This document shows positions 13,681 through 26,987 of a stretch of DNA of 64,000 bases, piece by piece. The stretch comes from Takakia lepidozioides (Eukaryota; Plantae; Bryophyta). Every line of letters begins with the position of its first letter. Within the stretch, counting starts at the first letter, position 1. Below the pieces are notes generated by a model, which was not told the DNA's origin, did not search any database, and saw only the letters and a program-made list of their open reading frames with translations. The stretch lies in the NCBI GenBank assembly GCA_030704615.1, contig CM060732.1, positions 27,652,001 through 27,716,000 on the forward strand. The letters are read 5' to 3'. The translations under genes and the position numbers were made by a program.

Positions 13681-14056
13681 AGGAGCTCAAGTAAGAGTTT
13701 GAGGCAAGAATTGTCACTGAGTGTGCAAATAAGGTGGATGTGGAGGCCAACCTCAAGTTGCAGCAAGAGTTGGAGGACACAAGGGCTACCCTGCAGCTCG
13801 CAAAGGGAAATCTGATTGAAGTGGGCCTGGAGTAGGAAAAGTTGCATGAAATACATAAGCAACAGCTATACCAGTTGCAGGTGTAGCATGAGGGAAAATT
13901 GCAGGAAGTGAAGGTGCTTCATATAGAGTTGGAGGCAGTTCATCAAAGAATGACCATCCAATGTGCCACACTAACAACTACTCTGGAGCAAATTGCATTA
14001 GAAGTTAACAGACAAGCAGAGCGGTGTATGATGGTGGAGACTGAATCAGTGGAGTA

Positions 14057-15100
14057 GGCCGGCCTCTCCCCCCGAGACGACTTCATCCGAACGGCCTCGG
14101 ATGGAAATTCCGCGCCGTTTTTCCATCCGATGGAAATTCTCTGTCGGCCAGGTGTCGGCCTCTCCCCCCGAGACGACTTCATCCGACGGGCCTCATATGG
14201 AAACTCGGCGCCGTTTTGCCATCCGGGGGATATTCTCTGTAGGCCAGGTGTCGGCCTCTCCCTTCATCCGAACGGCCTCATTGGAGATTCGGCGCCGTTT
14301 TTCCATCCGAGGGATGTTCTCTGTCGGCCAAGTGTCGGCCTCTCCCCCCGAGACGACTTCATCCAACGGGCCTTGTATGGAAATTTGGCGCCATTTTTCC
14401 ATCCGTGGGATGTTCTCTGTCGGCCAGGTGTCGGCCTCTCCCCCCAGACAACTTCATCCGAACGGCCTCGGATGGAAATTCGGCGCCGTTTTTTCCATCC
14501 GAGGGATATTCTCTGTCGGCCAGGTGTCGGCCTCTCCCCCTGAGACGACTTCATCTGACAGGCCTCGTAGTTGTCTTGGGGGGAGAGGCCGACACCTGGC
14601 CTACAGAGAATATCCCCTGGATGGCAAAACGGCGCCGAATTTCCGAACGGCCTCATTTGAGATTCGGCGCCGTTTTTCCATCCGAGGGATGTTCTCTGTC
14701 GGCCAGGTGTCAACCTCTCCCCCGAGATGACTTCATCTTACGGGCCTCGTATTGAAATTCGGCGCCATTTTTCCATCCGTGGGATGGTCTCTGTCGGCCA
14801 GGTGTCGGCCTCTCCCCCCGAGACAACTTCATCCGAACGGCCTCTGATGGAAATTCGGTGCCGTTTTTCCATCCGAGGGATGTTCTCTGTCGGCCAGGTG
14901 TCGGCCTGTCCCCCTGAGACGACTTCATCCGACGGGCCTCGTATGGAAATTCCGCGTCGTTTTGCCATCCGGGGGATATTCTCTGTAGGCCAGGTGTCGG
15001 CCTCTTCCACCGATACAACTTCATCCGAACGGCCTCATTGGAGATTCGGCGCCGTTTTTCCATCCGAGGGATGTTCTCTGTCGACCAGGTGTCGTCACCC
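14057..15100 (-). repeat. 96-bp tandem array containing the palindrome GGAAATTCGGCGCCGAATTTCC
   Basis: About 10 units, reverse complement of the 18797-20793 unit. A small internal inversion lies at ~14570-14645. Confidence 0.92.
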
Positions 15101-15333
15101 TCCGATTTGACACCATGTCGAATTAAATTCTGCCCCTCATTCCTGGGTACGGCTACATTAAATGTTGCTCTTTTTCTTTGCCACTTGCCCGACCTTCGCT
15201 CGTGACCCACGCGTTTCAAACCGAGACAGCAACAACACTTGCTCGCTCCGAGCTCCTCTCACTTCAGCTTCCCCACACTCCCCCTTCCTTGCGCACCCTC
15301 TCTGCTTCCTGGTAGCCCTTTCAATAGTCAGCG

Positions 15334-15900
15334 ATGGCGTGCCGGGATCCCAGCAACTGCCCAAACAAGCATCTTACCCCGTGGGACTTCTCGCCTAAGT
15401 CAGGGGATATTTTCATATACCTGCAGGATTGGATAGACCACTCTCAGCAGAGGAGGGTGCACCTGTCCGCTCTTGAGTACCTTCTTGGTCTCCACGATCA
15501 GCCTCGCCGAGACGGGCCTGCGCGGCTTTGGTGCCTACGAATCGTTGATCTGCAGTTTCCGGCAGCATGGAACATCCCCAAAAGTCGCACAGCCTTCCTA
15601 CATCATTGGAGGTGCTGCCAGTGGGCCTACGAGGATTGCATCGGGTGTACGTACATGCCAGAGAGGATTCCATTGCAAACAGTGTATGGGGACATTCTCA
15701 TAAGCTACGAGGATGAGTCCTATGGACATAGAGTCTCCACAGCAAAGATCTCGATTTACGATGGTGCATATATCGGTGGCAATGACACCGTTGTCCACTA
15801 CACCAAAGGCAAACGGGCTGCATCCATTGTCTTCACCTACCGACACCATGTCAGTCATGAACTTGTTGAGAGGCCAATTGAGGTTCCAGCTTCTTGGTGA
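15334..15900 (+). CDS. Unknown element-associated protein, homologous to 63765-64000
   Basis: YGDILISYEDE..AKISIYDGAYIGGNDTVVHYTKG..ASIVFTYR..SHELVERPIEVP matches YGDIRIGVDDE..VKISIFDGGMIEGQDIVVNITRG..AAIDFTWR..THELVLRAVEVP. The start is uncertain. Confidence 0.55.
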   Translation: MACRDPSNCPNKHLTPWDFSPKSGDIFIYLQDWIDHSQQRRVHLSALEYLLGLHDQPRRDGPARLWCLRIVDLQFPAAWNIPKSRTAFLHHWRCCQWAYEDCIGCTYMPERIPLQTVYGDILISYEDESYGHRVSTAKISIYDGAYIGGNDTVVHYTKGKRAASIVFTYRHHVSHELVERPIEVPASW

Positions 15901-16127
15901 GAACAGTGCAACGCGGAGCAAATTTCCAACTTACCGGAGCATGGATTGCATGCATACTTTTGGCTTCCCTCGGTTTGTGAGGGCATGCATACTTGCCACA
16001 GTTCATTATTAATAAAAATGTCTTCTTTGAACCAAAGTTCCACTTTTTGTGCAATGTTGTATTTTGTTGAATGTTGACTTTTGGTAGCGAGGGTCTCGCA
16101 CTCAATCTTGCAATCAGACCCACTGGA

Positions 16128-18339
16128 ATGCCGCCTCTGTCAGTTCCCTCTGTCCATGGGGAAGGTGCTTACACGCTCGCCCCCCCACGCTTCTTGTCAA
16201 ACGCCACAATTATTGGTTTGTGCAGCGCATCTGCACGGGTCATATACCTTCTGACTGCATACCGTTGGCAGTTATTGCGCAAAGGCCAGGGGCCGCATTC
16301 CTGGACTACAACAAGTTCGCAATTAAATCCGTTACATGCCTTCCCGCAGACGTCGACGGTAATATCTTCTTTGAGTTCCCTCCTCGAACGGACTATTCGA
16401 GGGCGTCCGGAATGTTGATAGATATGGATAGGAAACATGACGGTCAACCTTGGTGCGTCACCAAAACCACCATCATGAAGATGCTCAATGGTGTGCGGGC
16501 GCGTTGCGGTGATTCTCCCCAACTTGCTTCCACTTTAAATCCAGAGGTCACAGGAACGAGACAGATTGGACAGACACAACTCATCAACCATTTCGAGCTC
16601 AGGAGAAGGTTCCAAACTCCACATTTAAGTGTGCACATTGCAAAGAACCACCACATTGCATGTCTGTTTACAATGACAAGCAGTTCTATGTGTTGCATCG
16701 TTTCCCTGACCTCATACGAGCTTGCATACACGTTGGTTCCCATTGTCACAAATTGACGAGGGGTAACTCGCGGGAGGCTGCCCACGAGGCAGAGCAGCTC
16801 GTTCAGGAGGAGGTTAAGTTGAGACCTGGTGCCAAATCCAAACAGATACAGCTGCAGGCCGCCCATAAGATGGCATTGGCCAGAATTATGTCGAAAAACG
16901 GCTCCGACAGAGTTCCTCTCGATGAGAAGGAAATGGAGGCATTGCTGGAGTCGGTGTTTCACGTCTGTTCACCAAATGTCCAAAACCACATTGTCTCCTG
17001 CAAACAGAGAATTGGGCGTGGCTCGGATATGCACTCCATTCTGGAGGTGAAGCGACGATGTGGATATGACTACATTCATGGAAGTAGATTTCCAGGACAA
17101 GGGACTGAGGCAGATCGCTGTTTCGTATTCAAAATGTCAACGTGTGGGCCTGGCAGTGGCGTCAAACTGGTCCACCGGATGACGAGTGGGGACTTGTCAA
17201 ACAGTTGGGTCATGTTCGACCATATCAAGCGAATTACAAATCACCAGTGGGTGACAATGGGTGCACATGTCTACGACACCCACTACAGGATGCTAATGAC
17301 AATTGTTATTTGTGAGATGAAAGGAGAGGACACACAATCGGAGATGCTTCTTTGGCAGGGAATAAACGAACAGATGGCCAGGGCAGGATTTCCCCCTCCC
17401 AATTTCCGTGGTTTCATGGCGGACAACGCACAAGCAAATTGGGCTGCCATCCGAAGGGTGTACGGGGAAGACCCCAATGTTCCGATGAAAAGCAAGGAGA
17501 GATTTTGTGGGTTCCATTTTCTGCAGAGCTTGTCGCAGTACACAACCAGGCTCGTGGCACCAGATTTCAGAGAGGAGCACTGTTCTATATGTCTTGCGTG
17601 GAAGTGTGCTCCCACCTTGGATGATGCAGAGACACAGTTTGCATGTATACGGGCTTGGTGGACAACATCAGGTGCTGTAAAGAAATCAGACGAGGGAGCA
17701 ATGGTCAGTTGGCTAGCATGGTGGCATTATCGTTTCCTCCAGTTCGGCGACTATATGCGGGAGGTGAGTTGGACGGATTTGCGTCCCGTTGAATATTATG
17801 CTAGCTACTCATTATTTGTAATTTGCTTGTAACCTGAATATGTGCATGTGCAGGAAATGTGTCTCGACTCCGACACCAACATGCCGACAACAAACATGGC
17901 CGAATCAGCACATTCTTCCTGGCGTGCCTCCTCTGTGGCGCATCTGGTGGACATCCTCACTGCCACAACGGAGGACATTGTGAGGTCAACATGCAGGTAC
18001 AACGAGTTCTTAAGAGGGAAACAGTGGGGCTTGGGGCCGGACAGGCAGGAAATGCTGATATGGACTGCCTCCAGATCGAAGAATCCTCGCAAGTGGGCGG
18101 CAGCCTTGCAAGAGGGCCTTCGGGACACGCCATTGCTTCGAAGTGGCCAACACTTAGAAGGAGATGTTCACACCCATCCAGTGAGACGAAGACTTGACAA
18201 GGCACCTGGCGGAGAAGAGGATTCATGGCGAGCTGACAAGAATATTCGCACGCTCCCTCGTGGTCCCGTGATGTTGCCCGAGGAGGTCTCGTCGAGCACC
18301 GCAAGTCCGATGTCTGAAAAAATGGCGCCGAATCTCTAG
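16128..18339 (+). pseudogene. Mutator-like transposase 2 (GCM/WRKY-like finger + DDE), homologous to transposase 1
   Basis: MDRKHDGQPW; FVFKMSTCGPGSG; MFDHIKRI; FMADNAQAN; ERFCGFHF; WLAWWHYR; intron ~17764-17853; NMAESAHS. Frameshifts occur in the 5' part and no SWIM is seen. Confidence 0.75.
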
Positions 18340-18599
18340 TTACATGGCCCAAGAACTGTCCAACATCTGTGCAATCCCCGGCACCATGTACCGAAATTTG
18401 GCGCCACATTTCCAAATTTTGGGCTTACACACCTGCCATGTTGGGACCTATAGCCGCGAAATTCGGCACCATTTTTCGCCGGAGACACCTATTACCGTGA
18501 AATACGTCGCAAATTTCTCCGGTTGCGGAACCTATTACTGCGAAATTCGGCGCCATTTTTGCAGATGTCGCTCGGAATTCGCATGAGCGGAAGACGAAA

Positions 18600-18795
18600 T
18601 ATCATGAGCACGGCTCTCAAAACTACAATTTTTACTTCAAACAATGAATATTATATTGTTTTTCTGACACATTCCATTAAAATAACATTTTTAATGTTTT
18701 TTATTTCCAAAATTTGTACTTCTGCTCATGAAAACCGATTGTCTTGCTACTCCGCTCATGCCACTCATGCCGCTCATGCTCATGAAATAGCTAAC
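18600..18795 (-). mobile_element. Degenerate transposon terminus (GCTATTTCATGAGC with CATGAGC repeats)
   Basis: The reverse complement GCTATTTCATGAGCATGAGCGGCATGAG matches the termini at 40071, 59227 and 63301. It lies downstream of transposase 2. Confidence 0.6.
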
Positions 18796-18796
18796 C

Positions 18797-20793
18797 TCGC
18801 CGACACCTGGCCGAGAGAGAACATCCCCCGGATGGAAAAACGGCGCCGAATTTCTATGCGGGGCCGGTCGGATAAAGTCGTCTCGCGGGGAGAGGCCGAC
18901 ACCTGGCCGAGAGAGAACATCCCCCGGATGGAAAAACGGCGCCGAATTTCAATCCGAGGCCGCCCGGACAAAGTGGTCTCGGGGGGAGAGGCCGACACCT
19001 GGCCGACAGAGAACATCCCCCGGATGGAAATTCGGCACCGAATTATCCGGTCGGATAAAGTCGTCTCGCGGGGAGAGGCCGACACCTGGCCGACAGAGAA
19101 CATCCCCCAGATGGAAAAACGGCGCCGAATTTCCATCCGGGGCCGGTCAGACGAAGTCGTCTCGGGGGGAGAGGCTGATACCAAGCCGACAGAGAACATC
19201 CCCCGGATGGAAATTCGGCACCAAATTTCTATCCGAGGCCGCCTGGATGAAGTCGTCCTGGGGGGAGAGGCCGACACCTGGCCGAGAGAGAACATCCCCC
19301 GGATGGAAAAACGGCGCCGAATTTCCATCCGGGGCCGGTCGGATAAAGTCCTCTCGCGGGGAGAGTCCGACACTTGGCCGACAGAGAACATCCCCCGAAT
19401 GGAAAAACGGCGCCGAATTTTCATCCGAGGCTGCCCGGACGAAGTCGTCTTGGGGGGAGAGGCCGACACCTGGCCGACAGAGAACATCCTCCAGAGGGAA
19501 ATTCGGCGCCGAACTTCCATCCGAGGCCGCCTGGATGAAGTCATCCTGGGGGGAGAGGCCGACACCTAGCCGAGAGAGAACATCCCCCGGATGGAAAAAC
19601 GGCGCTGAATTTCCATCCGGGGCCGGTCGGATAGAGTCGTCTCGCGGGGAGAGGCCGACACCTGGCCAAGAGAGAACATCCCCCGGATGGAAAAACGGCG
19701 CCGAATTTCAATCCGAGGCCGCCCGGACGAAGTGGTCTCGGGGGGAGAGGCCAACACCTGGCCAACAGAGAACATCCCCCGGATGGAAATTTGGCGCCGA
19801 ATTTCCATCCGAGGCTGCCCGGAGGAAGTCGTCCTGGGGGGAGAGGCCGACAAAGAACATCCCCCGGATGGAAATTCGGCACCGAATTATCCGGTCGGAT
19901 AAAGTTGTCTCGCGGGGAGAGGCCGACACTTGGCCGACAGAGAACATCCCCCGGATGGAAAAACGGCGCCGAATTTCCATCCGGGGCCGGTCGGACAAAA
20001 TCGTCTCGCGGGGAGAGGCCAACACCTGGCCGACGGAGAACATCCCCCGGATGGAAATTCGGCGCCCAATTTCCATCCGAGGCCGCCTGGACGATGTCGT
20101 CTCAGGGGGAGAGGCCGACACCTGGCCGACAGAGAACATCCCCCGGATGGCAAAACGGCGCCGAATTTCCATCCGGGGCCGGTCGGATAAAGTCATCTCG
20201 CGGGGAGAGGCCGATACCTGGCCGAGAGAGAACATCCCCCGGATGGAAAAACGGCGCCAAATTTCCATCCGAGGCCGCCCAGACGAAGTCGTCTCGGGGG
20301 GAGAGGCCGATACCAAGCCGACAGAGAACATCCCCCGGATGGAAATTCGGCACCAAATTTCCATCCAAGGCCGCCCGGATGAAGTCGTCCTGGGGGGAGA
20401 GGCCGACACCTGGCCGAGAGAGAACATCCCCCGGATGGAAAAACGGCGCCGAATTTCCATCCGGGGCCGGTCGGATAAAGTCCTCTCGCGGGGAGAGTCC
20501 GACACTTGGCCGACAGAGAACATCCCCCGGATGGAAAAACGGCGCCGAATTTTCATCCGAGGCTGCCCGGACGAAGTTGTCTTGGGGGGAGAGGCCGACA
20601 CCTGGCCGACAGAGAACATCCTCCGGAGGGAAATTCGGCGCCGAACTTCCATCCGAGGCCGCCTGGATGAAGTCGTCCTGGGGGGAGAGGCCGACACCTA
20701 GCCAAGAGAGAACATCCCCCGGATGGAAAAACGGCGCTGAATTTCCATCCGGGGCCGGTCGGATAAAGTCGTCTCGCGGGGAGAGGCCGACAC
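18797..20793 (+). repeat. 96-bp tandem array (~21 units) with palindromic core; resumes at 27715-27860 after the LTR element
   Basis: Unit gccgacacctggccgacagagaacatcccccggatggaaaaacggcgccgaatttccatccgaggccgcccggacgaagtcgtctcggggggagag. Runs of variant units are duplicated as higher-order blocks. Confidence 0.95.
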
Positions 20794-21521
20794 TGTCGCA
20801 CACCTCACTTCGGTAAGCTCCCCTTCAAGTCATAGTTACTCGCTTTGATGCGCGCGCCTGACTCCCAACCTGGCCGCCGGGCCAACTTGGAGCTTCGGCT
20901 GCTCACCGGGACATAACGGTCCCCCTTCACTTCCCTAAAGACCCTCCACCTATTTGGGCCTAGTGGAATTCCCTTTGGTAGATGGCAGTCCGGAACAGCT
21001 CCCCACTCTTTGGTCGCTTTCCGGCTCGCTCGCTTACTCACTAGTTTTTGGACACCAACGGGCTTCCACCGTTCTCGGGGTTACTACTCCCCTTATATAT
21101 ACTTTTGTAGTTGTCCGCGGGGGTTTCACAACCAGCCATGCCATTTTATGGTGAACCACCACGAAGACCCTCGACTCCCGGTGGTGAGTCGCGGTGAGTC
21201 TTGGCCCGCTCACCACGGCCCCTATGGACCGTGATGAGTCCCAAGACTCCCCACGACTCCCACCACGAGGTCTCCGCCCCCATGGTGAGTCCTATGCCAC
21301 CCCCACTAAGTCCCACTAAGCTACCACCACCCCTTGTGGAGCCACCCCCACCGCAACCCGGTGTGCGGGGCTCCACCTAGTGAGCGCCTCCGCTTCCCTG
21401 AGTGCCTTGGGCACTCAAGGGTGCTTCAGCCTCCCCATACCTATCGCTGCCGCTGCCCCCACCACAGGGGCAGCCCCTCATGTGTCCCGACCCCCTGCCC
21501 TCAAGGCAAAGGGCCGCGACA
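20794..21521 (-). repeat. 3' LTR of chromovirus 1
   Basis: Direct repeat of 26988-27714; TGTCGC...GCGACA ends; purine-rich tract adjacent at ~21522-21533 on the minus strand. Confidence 0.93.
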
Positions 21522-22426
21522 CACACCCCTACCAACAGGGAGTCGATGTCCTCATCGACTTGTCCATTTTGTAGAAACGAACATCCAAGTTGTGGCGTCC
21601 CACATCAAGGAGTTTGTTTCCGTACCATGGCGTCCCATGGCAAAGAACCAAACCCCACACTTGACTCTACTCTCCACTAGCTAGTTCGGCCGACTTCCTC
21701 CAAGTCCCGGCCATGGGTGGAGCCTCTCCAGTTCCTCCCTGTGCACTCTTCTTGGCCTACTTCAAGGCAAAGGAACGATCCTCCCCGAGGATCGAATCGC
21801 CTTACTGCAACAACATTGCTTGCGATCGCTCATGATGCCACTTTTGGCATCACCTTGAGCAAGGGTTCACCTGGAACCCTCTTTGACTAGGAAGATAACC
21901 TTGAACCAACCGTGCGCCCCAATCACTACAATTGGGTCCGCCTTGGAATGCTGGCCTGAGGTACGGGAACACGCCGAAGCCGCACTACGACTTCGTCCCG
22001 AGGCTACACGATTATAGTACGTGAACGGAAGCACGTAGCTTCCGCGTTAGCCTGCACTACAAGGCAACCCCCTCGGTAGCGCAGTTATAGTACGCGCACG
22101 CGCCAGGTGTGCACTAGCACGTGAACTCCCAAAGAAGGCGCAAGTTTCCTTGCCCCTTGGATGGGGGTCACCCGATTTCGGCACTATGCAAACACACGAT
22201 TAACCCAATTTACCTCTCCCACTTTTATAAGCTAGCATGCATTCTACACACTAGCCAACCATACCATGCATCACCATTCCAAACAAAATAGGACGCACAA
22301 CATTTGGAATCCATTTCATTTATAGCATGTTTTGTACAATACAAGTTTTTGCAATCGGATTCCTAAGCTAGCTAAGCCGGGCTAAGCATGCATTTCCTCC
22401 CCCATGCTCCAAGGTTGATGTCCCCA

Positions 22427-25400
22427 TCAACGCTTCTTCCGCTTTTGAGGTCGCCCTTCGAAAGCTGCAACCGCCTCGGATGCGTTTCCCATTTCTGAGG
22501 CACGCACCCAAGATGCCTCCACATGATGATAGCCCTTCCATTTGACGAGATACTCCGTTTCTCGGTTCCTGAACCTTCTCGACTTAAGTATTGCCTCCAC
22601 CTCGTACTCAGGTTCATTTTCATGATCCAACAGCATAGGTGGCGGACGCAACACTTGATGCCGATTCGGACGTGCTTCATCTTTGAAGTAGGGCTTCAAA
22701 AGGGAGACATGGAATACTGGGTGCACCTTGCTGTTTGCCGGCAGCTCCAATTCATACACATCCTCATTCATAACCTTCCGAATGCGAAAGGGACCCGCCT
22801 ACGGAGGTACGAACTTCGGACTCACTTCCGGAGGTAGTCGGAAATTCTTGATGTTCAACCAGACCTCTGTGCCTGCCTCAAACTTCACTTCCCTCCGCTT
22901 CTGATTCGCCTGCCTTTCATACCGTTTCCTAGCTTTGGCAATGTTTTACTTTGCGAGCTTCAACAAACGCTCGCGTTCTTCCAGTACCGCCGCTACTGCC
23001 GGTTCCTCAACGTCCTGGGCGGCCCAACTTGTCGGCACCAGAGGTGCTTTTCCATAGACTAATACGAAAGGGGAAACTCCCGTTGCGGAGTGTTCTGTGT
23101 TATTATAACAGAACTCTGCCGCGTCTAAGTGTTCCATCCAGTCTGATTGGTCTGCCGACACGTAATTCCGCAAGAATTGCTTCACTACGGAATTCACTCT
23201 TTCCGTTTGGCCGTCCGTCGTAGGTCGGAAGGCGGTGCTCATCTTCAGCCTCGTCCCCATCTTCTTCCAAAGTGCTCTCCAGAATTTACTCGTAAACTTT
23301 GGATCGCGGTCCGAGACAATATCCTTCGGGACTCCATGATGCTTTAAGACGTGGGCGAAGTAAAGTCGCCCTGTCTCCTGCGCCGTTGCCGTCTCCTTGG
23401 TGGGGATGAAATGGCCCATTTTACTGAACCTATCTACCACCACCATGATTGCATCGAATCCTTTTGACAGCGGCATAGCAGTCATGAAATCCATCGAGAC
23501 GCTTTCCCAAGTCCCCTCTGGAATTGGCAAGGGTTGTAACAGCCCCGCTTGCTTTTTGTACTCGCTCCGGTTTTGTTGGCATGTGGTGCATGTCTTGACA
23601 TACTCCTCTGCCTCCCCCCTCAGTTTGGGCCAGAAATACTCTTTCTTCAAGAGTGCCGCAGTGCGCTTGGCTCCGCCGTGGCCCGCAAGCGGGCTATCAT
23701 GGCATTCTCTCAAGAGGCTATCTCTGATCCCTCCCTTCGGCACGTAGAGACGTTTTTGCTTATACCGGAGCAGTCCATTTTGCAAGTGGAACTGTGATTT
23801 AACCCCCATTCTCAAGTCCTGCATCACGGACTTTGCCAGCTCATCCTTCCGGCAAGCCTTCCGGATCTTCCTTTGGAGCGTCGTCTCGCCCTTGTACACC
23901 AACAAGAGCTGCTGCTTTCTACTTAAAGCATCGGCCACCACGTTGTCTCGTCCCGGTTTGTACTGGATATCCACGTCGAACACCGCCAAAGTATCTTGCC
24001 ACCTAAGTTGTTTTGGGGACAACTTGGGCTGCGTGGCAAAATACTTCACCGTGACATTGTCCGTGAACACCTTCACTGGGTTGGAACCAACATAGTGGCG
24101 CCAAAGCTCAAGGCAATGCACCACCGCCTTCATCTCTTTTTCGTGGACGTCCATCTTGCATAAGTACACCCCCAATTGCGAAGTCCGATGCATCTGTATG
24201 AATCTCAAACGGACGATCGAACTCCGGGATTTTCAAGACTGGAGCTTCCGTCATCCGCTGCTTCAATTCAGCAAAAGCTTGGCCACAAAAGGTGTTCCAT
24301 ACCCAGACTTTGGATTTACACAGAAGGTCCGACAGCGGCCCCACGATCTTGGCGAAATTTCTCACATACTTCCGGTAATAGGAGGCGAGTCCTAGGAAGG
24401 ATCGCACTCCCGGGACCGAAGTCGGAGGCTCCCAGTCCAAGATCGCCCTTACCTTTCTGTCATCCATTTTGATCCCATCCTGTGTAATCACATGCCCCAG
24501 GAACTCCACTTTTGTGACCCCGAATTCGCACTTTGAAGCTTTGGCATACAGCTTCCCTTCCTGCAATTTTTGGAATGCCCTTTTGAGGTGCTCCAGGTGC
24601 TCTTTCTTTGTTTTCGAGTACACCAAGATGTCGTCGATGTACACGATCATAAAGTCATCCAACCACTCCTGGAACTGTTCATCAGCGTGCTAAATGTCGC
24701 TGGTGCATTGGTGAGCCCAAAAGGCATCACCAAGAACTCATATGAACCATACCTTGTCCTGCACGCGGTCTTCTCCTCATCTCCTTCCGCCACCCGAATT
24801 TGATGATAGCCAGAGCGCAAGTCGATCCGGCTGAAATACTTCGCTCCTGCCAACCGATCGAAGAGGTCGTCGATCCTTGGCAAAGGGTACCGGTTTTTGA
24901 TAGTCACCTTATTCAGAGCCCTGTAATCGACACACATCCGCAGCGTCCCGTCCTTCTTGTCTGCGAATAGCACCGGGGCTCTGTAAGGTGACTTACTCGG
25001 CCGGATGTACCCCTTTGACATTAGATCCTTGAGCTGAGTCTTCAGCTCGACCAACCCCCTGTGGCTTAACCGGTAGGGTGCCTTGGCAGGCGGTTCCGTT
25101 CCCGGTATCACCTCAATCTTGTGGTCAACTCCTCTTCGCGGTGGCAAGCCGCTTGGTAAATCCTCCGGCATCACATCCTGGTATTTCCCCAAAATCCCCT
25201 TGATCCAATCTGGGCTCGGCTCCCCATCGCCTTCTCCCTTCACTTCTCTAATGTAAAGCAAGAACTGGGGTTCATGTGCCTCCTCCACGGCCCACTCCTT
25301 TGCTGACAGAAGGTTTATTCGCCCTCCCACAGATTTGGGCGTTTCTAACACTCGTAAAACCTCGCCACCATTCCCACATGGCAGCGTGACTACTCTCTTG

Positions 25401-26932
25401 CGGCCATCTATGACCGCTCCGGATTTGCTCAAAAAGGTCATCCCCAAAATGAGATCCACTCCATCGATCTCGCAGATGGTGAAGTTCTCACGTCCCTCCC
25501 AACTCCCCAGTTGAAGAGGAACATCAATCGCCAACCTTGTCGCCAACTGTGGTTCTCCTTTGGCAGAACGCACCTCAATAGAGGCCCCCACGTCACTTGT
25601 CGGGAGTCCCAGCTTTTGTGCCGTTGCCGGTGTCATGAAGGAGTGCAACGCTCCTGTGTCCACCAACAACGACACATTTGTTCCGGATATTATCCCACCC
25701 ACGAACAATAACTGACTCCCTTTTCGTAAGGCGCCAGTTTCCTGATACAACTCACAAGAAAATTTGCCTACCTTGCAAGTCCTGGCGACCACCGCTTCCA
25801 CCAAGCGACTGATGGTATCTTCCGACAGCTCCGTGGTCGCCCGAGTCATGTTCAATTGCCGGGGCTTCGTGCACTTCTTGGCCATGTGCCCGGGCTCCCC
25901 GCAATTGAAACACACTCCATCAAAGGTTGCCTTCTGTCCGCCATAAGCCGCTCCACCCGCTTTTCCTTTCGAAGCACCGGGTGCCGCCTTGACGTGTGAA
26001 GGCCCTCCCTTCGATTTCCACGTGCCATTTTCGCCGCGTGGCCTATCCCACTTCTTTTCCGGTCGGGAGGAGTCACCTTCCCGCCGAATCTTCTTGTGGT
26101 TCAGCTCCGTACGGCCTTGTCTTTCACCCCTAGGGACATCTGAGAAACATTCAGCCCTCTCAATAGCCTCGTTCAAAGTCTTGGGTGGCTTCTCCTCCAA
26201 CTTCCGCCTGGCCCATGGGGCCAGTCCCGCCACAAAGTTGAAGACCATTTCTGGTTCTGCCATGTCCGCGACTTCGAGCAACAGCACATTGAAGGCCTGG
26301 ACATATCCCCGAATGTCATCTGTTTGCTTCAAATTCCTCATCTTGTCCCGGGCGAGCCAGGACGCGTTGAGGGGCACAAACTGTCTCTTCATCAATTCCT
26401 TGAACCCACTCCAGTTCAAGGTTTCCGGGCTTGGACCTCGGTCGTGAAGGCGTTTCTGCCACCATTGTTGAGCATAGCCCCTCAAATAGGTGGGAGCCAC
26501 TTCCACCCGATCCTCGTCACTCAACTTGGCCGCCCGGAAGTACTGCTCTAGCTCCAAGAGCCAGGTGTTGAGTGCCTTCCGATTTCGGACGCCCTCGAAG
26601 GTGCCGGGTTCCTTAGGCTTCACCTTAAACTTTGCCTTAGCGGAAGTGGCATTAGCCGCCTTCAACACGTCTTTCAACGTCCCGCCAAACTGCGCCAACA
26701 ACCCTTCCCAAAAGGCTGCCGGCATGGGAGGCATCTCTTGGTTTGTCGGAGCTCTCAAGGATTCCTCGGGCTCCGACTCCTCGGATTCCTCCCGCTCTTG
26801 GGCGGCCTCGTTTTCGGAAACATGCATCGCTTCCTCAAACGGCCGCATCGGTGACACGCCGCCCCCGTCGGGCTCACCAGGATCATCATCTTTTGGGCCG
26901 TTCCGCTTTCGCTTCGGCTTGTCCGACCCCAT
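22427..26932 (-). pseudogene. gag-pol of chromovirus 1 (Zn knuckle, protease, RT, RNase H, integrase, chromodomain); frameshifted
   Basis: [14 protein letters not shown]; LVDTGA; IDLRSGYHQ; YIDD; HTDAS; integrase core; YEVEAILKSRR..YLVKWKGY. Frameshifts, plus an RNase H deletion near 24145 relative to copy 2. Confidence 0.93.
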
Positions 26933-26973
26933 GATGAGGCCAATCCCAAGGACGATCGCGTACTGAACTCTAA

Positions 26974-26985
26974 GCTCTGATACCA
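26974..26985 (-). other. Primer binding site (tRNA-iMet)
   Basis: TGGTATCAGAGC lies 2 nt inside the 5' LTR. Confidence 0.9.
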
Positions 26986-26987
26986 AG

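Noticed and set aside
13680-14056. Coiled-coil-like plus-strand reading frame
   Set aside because: It has multiple stops and no recognisable family, so it cannot be assigned.
18523-20816. Long ORFs (up to 484 aa) on both strands with 32-aa repeats
   Set aside because: They are a by-product of a GC-rich 96-bp unit divisible by three; several frames are open at once and frames shift freely. The same applies to 14101-15219, 27932-28721 and the intronic arrays.
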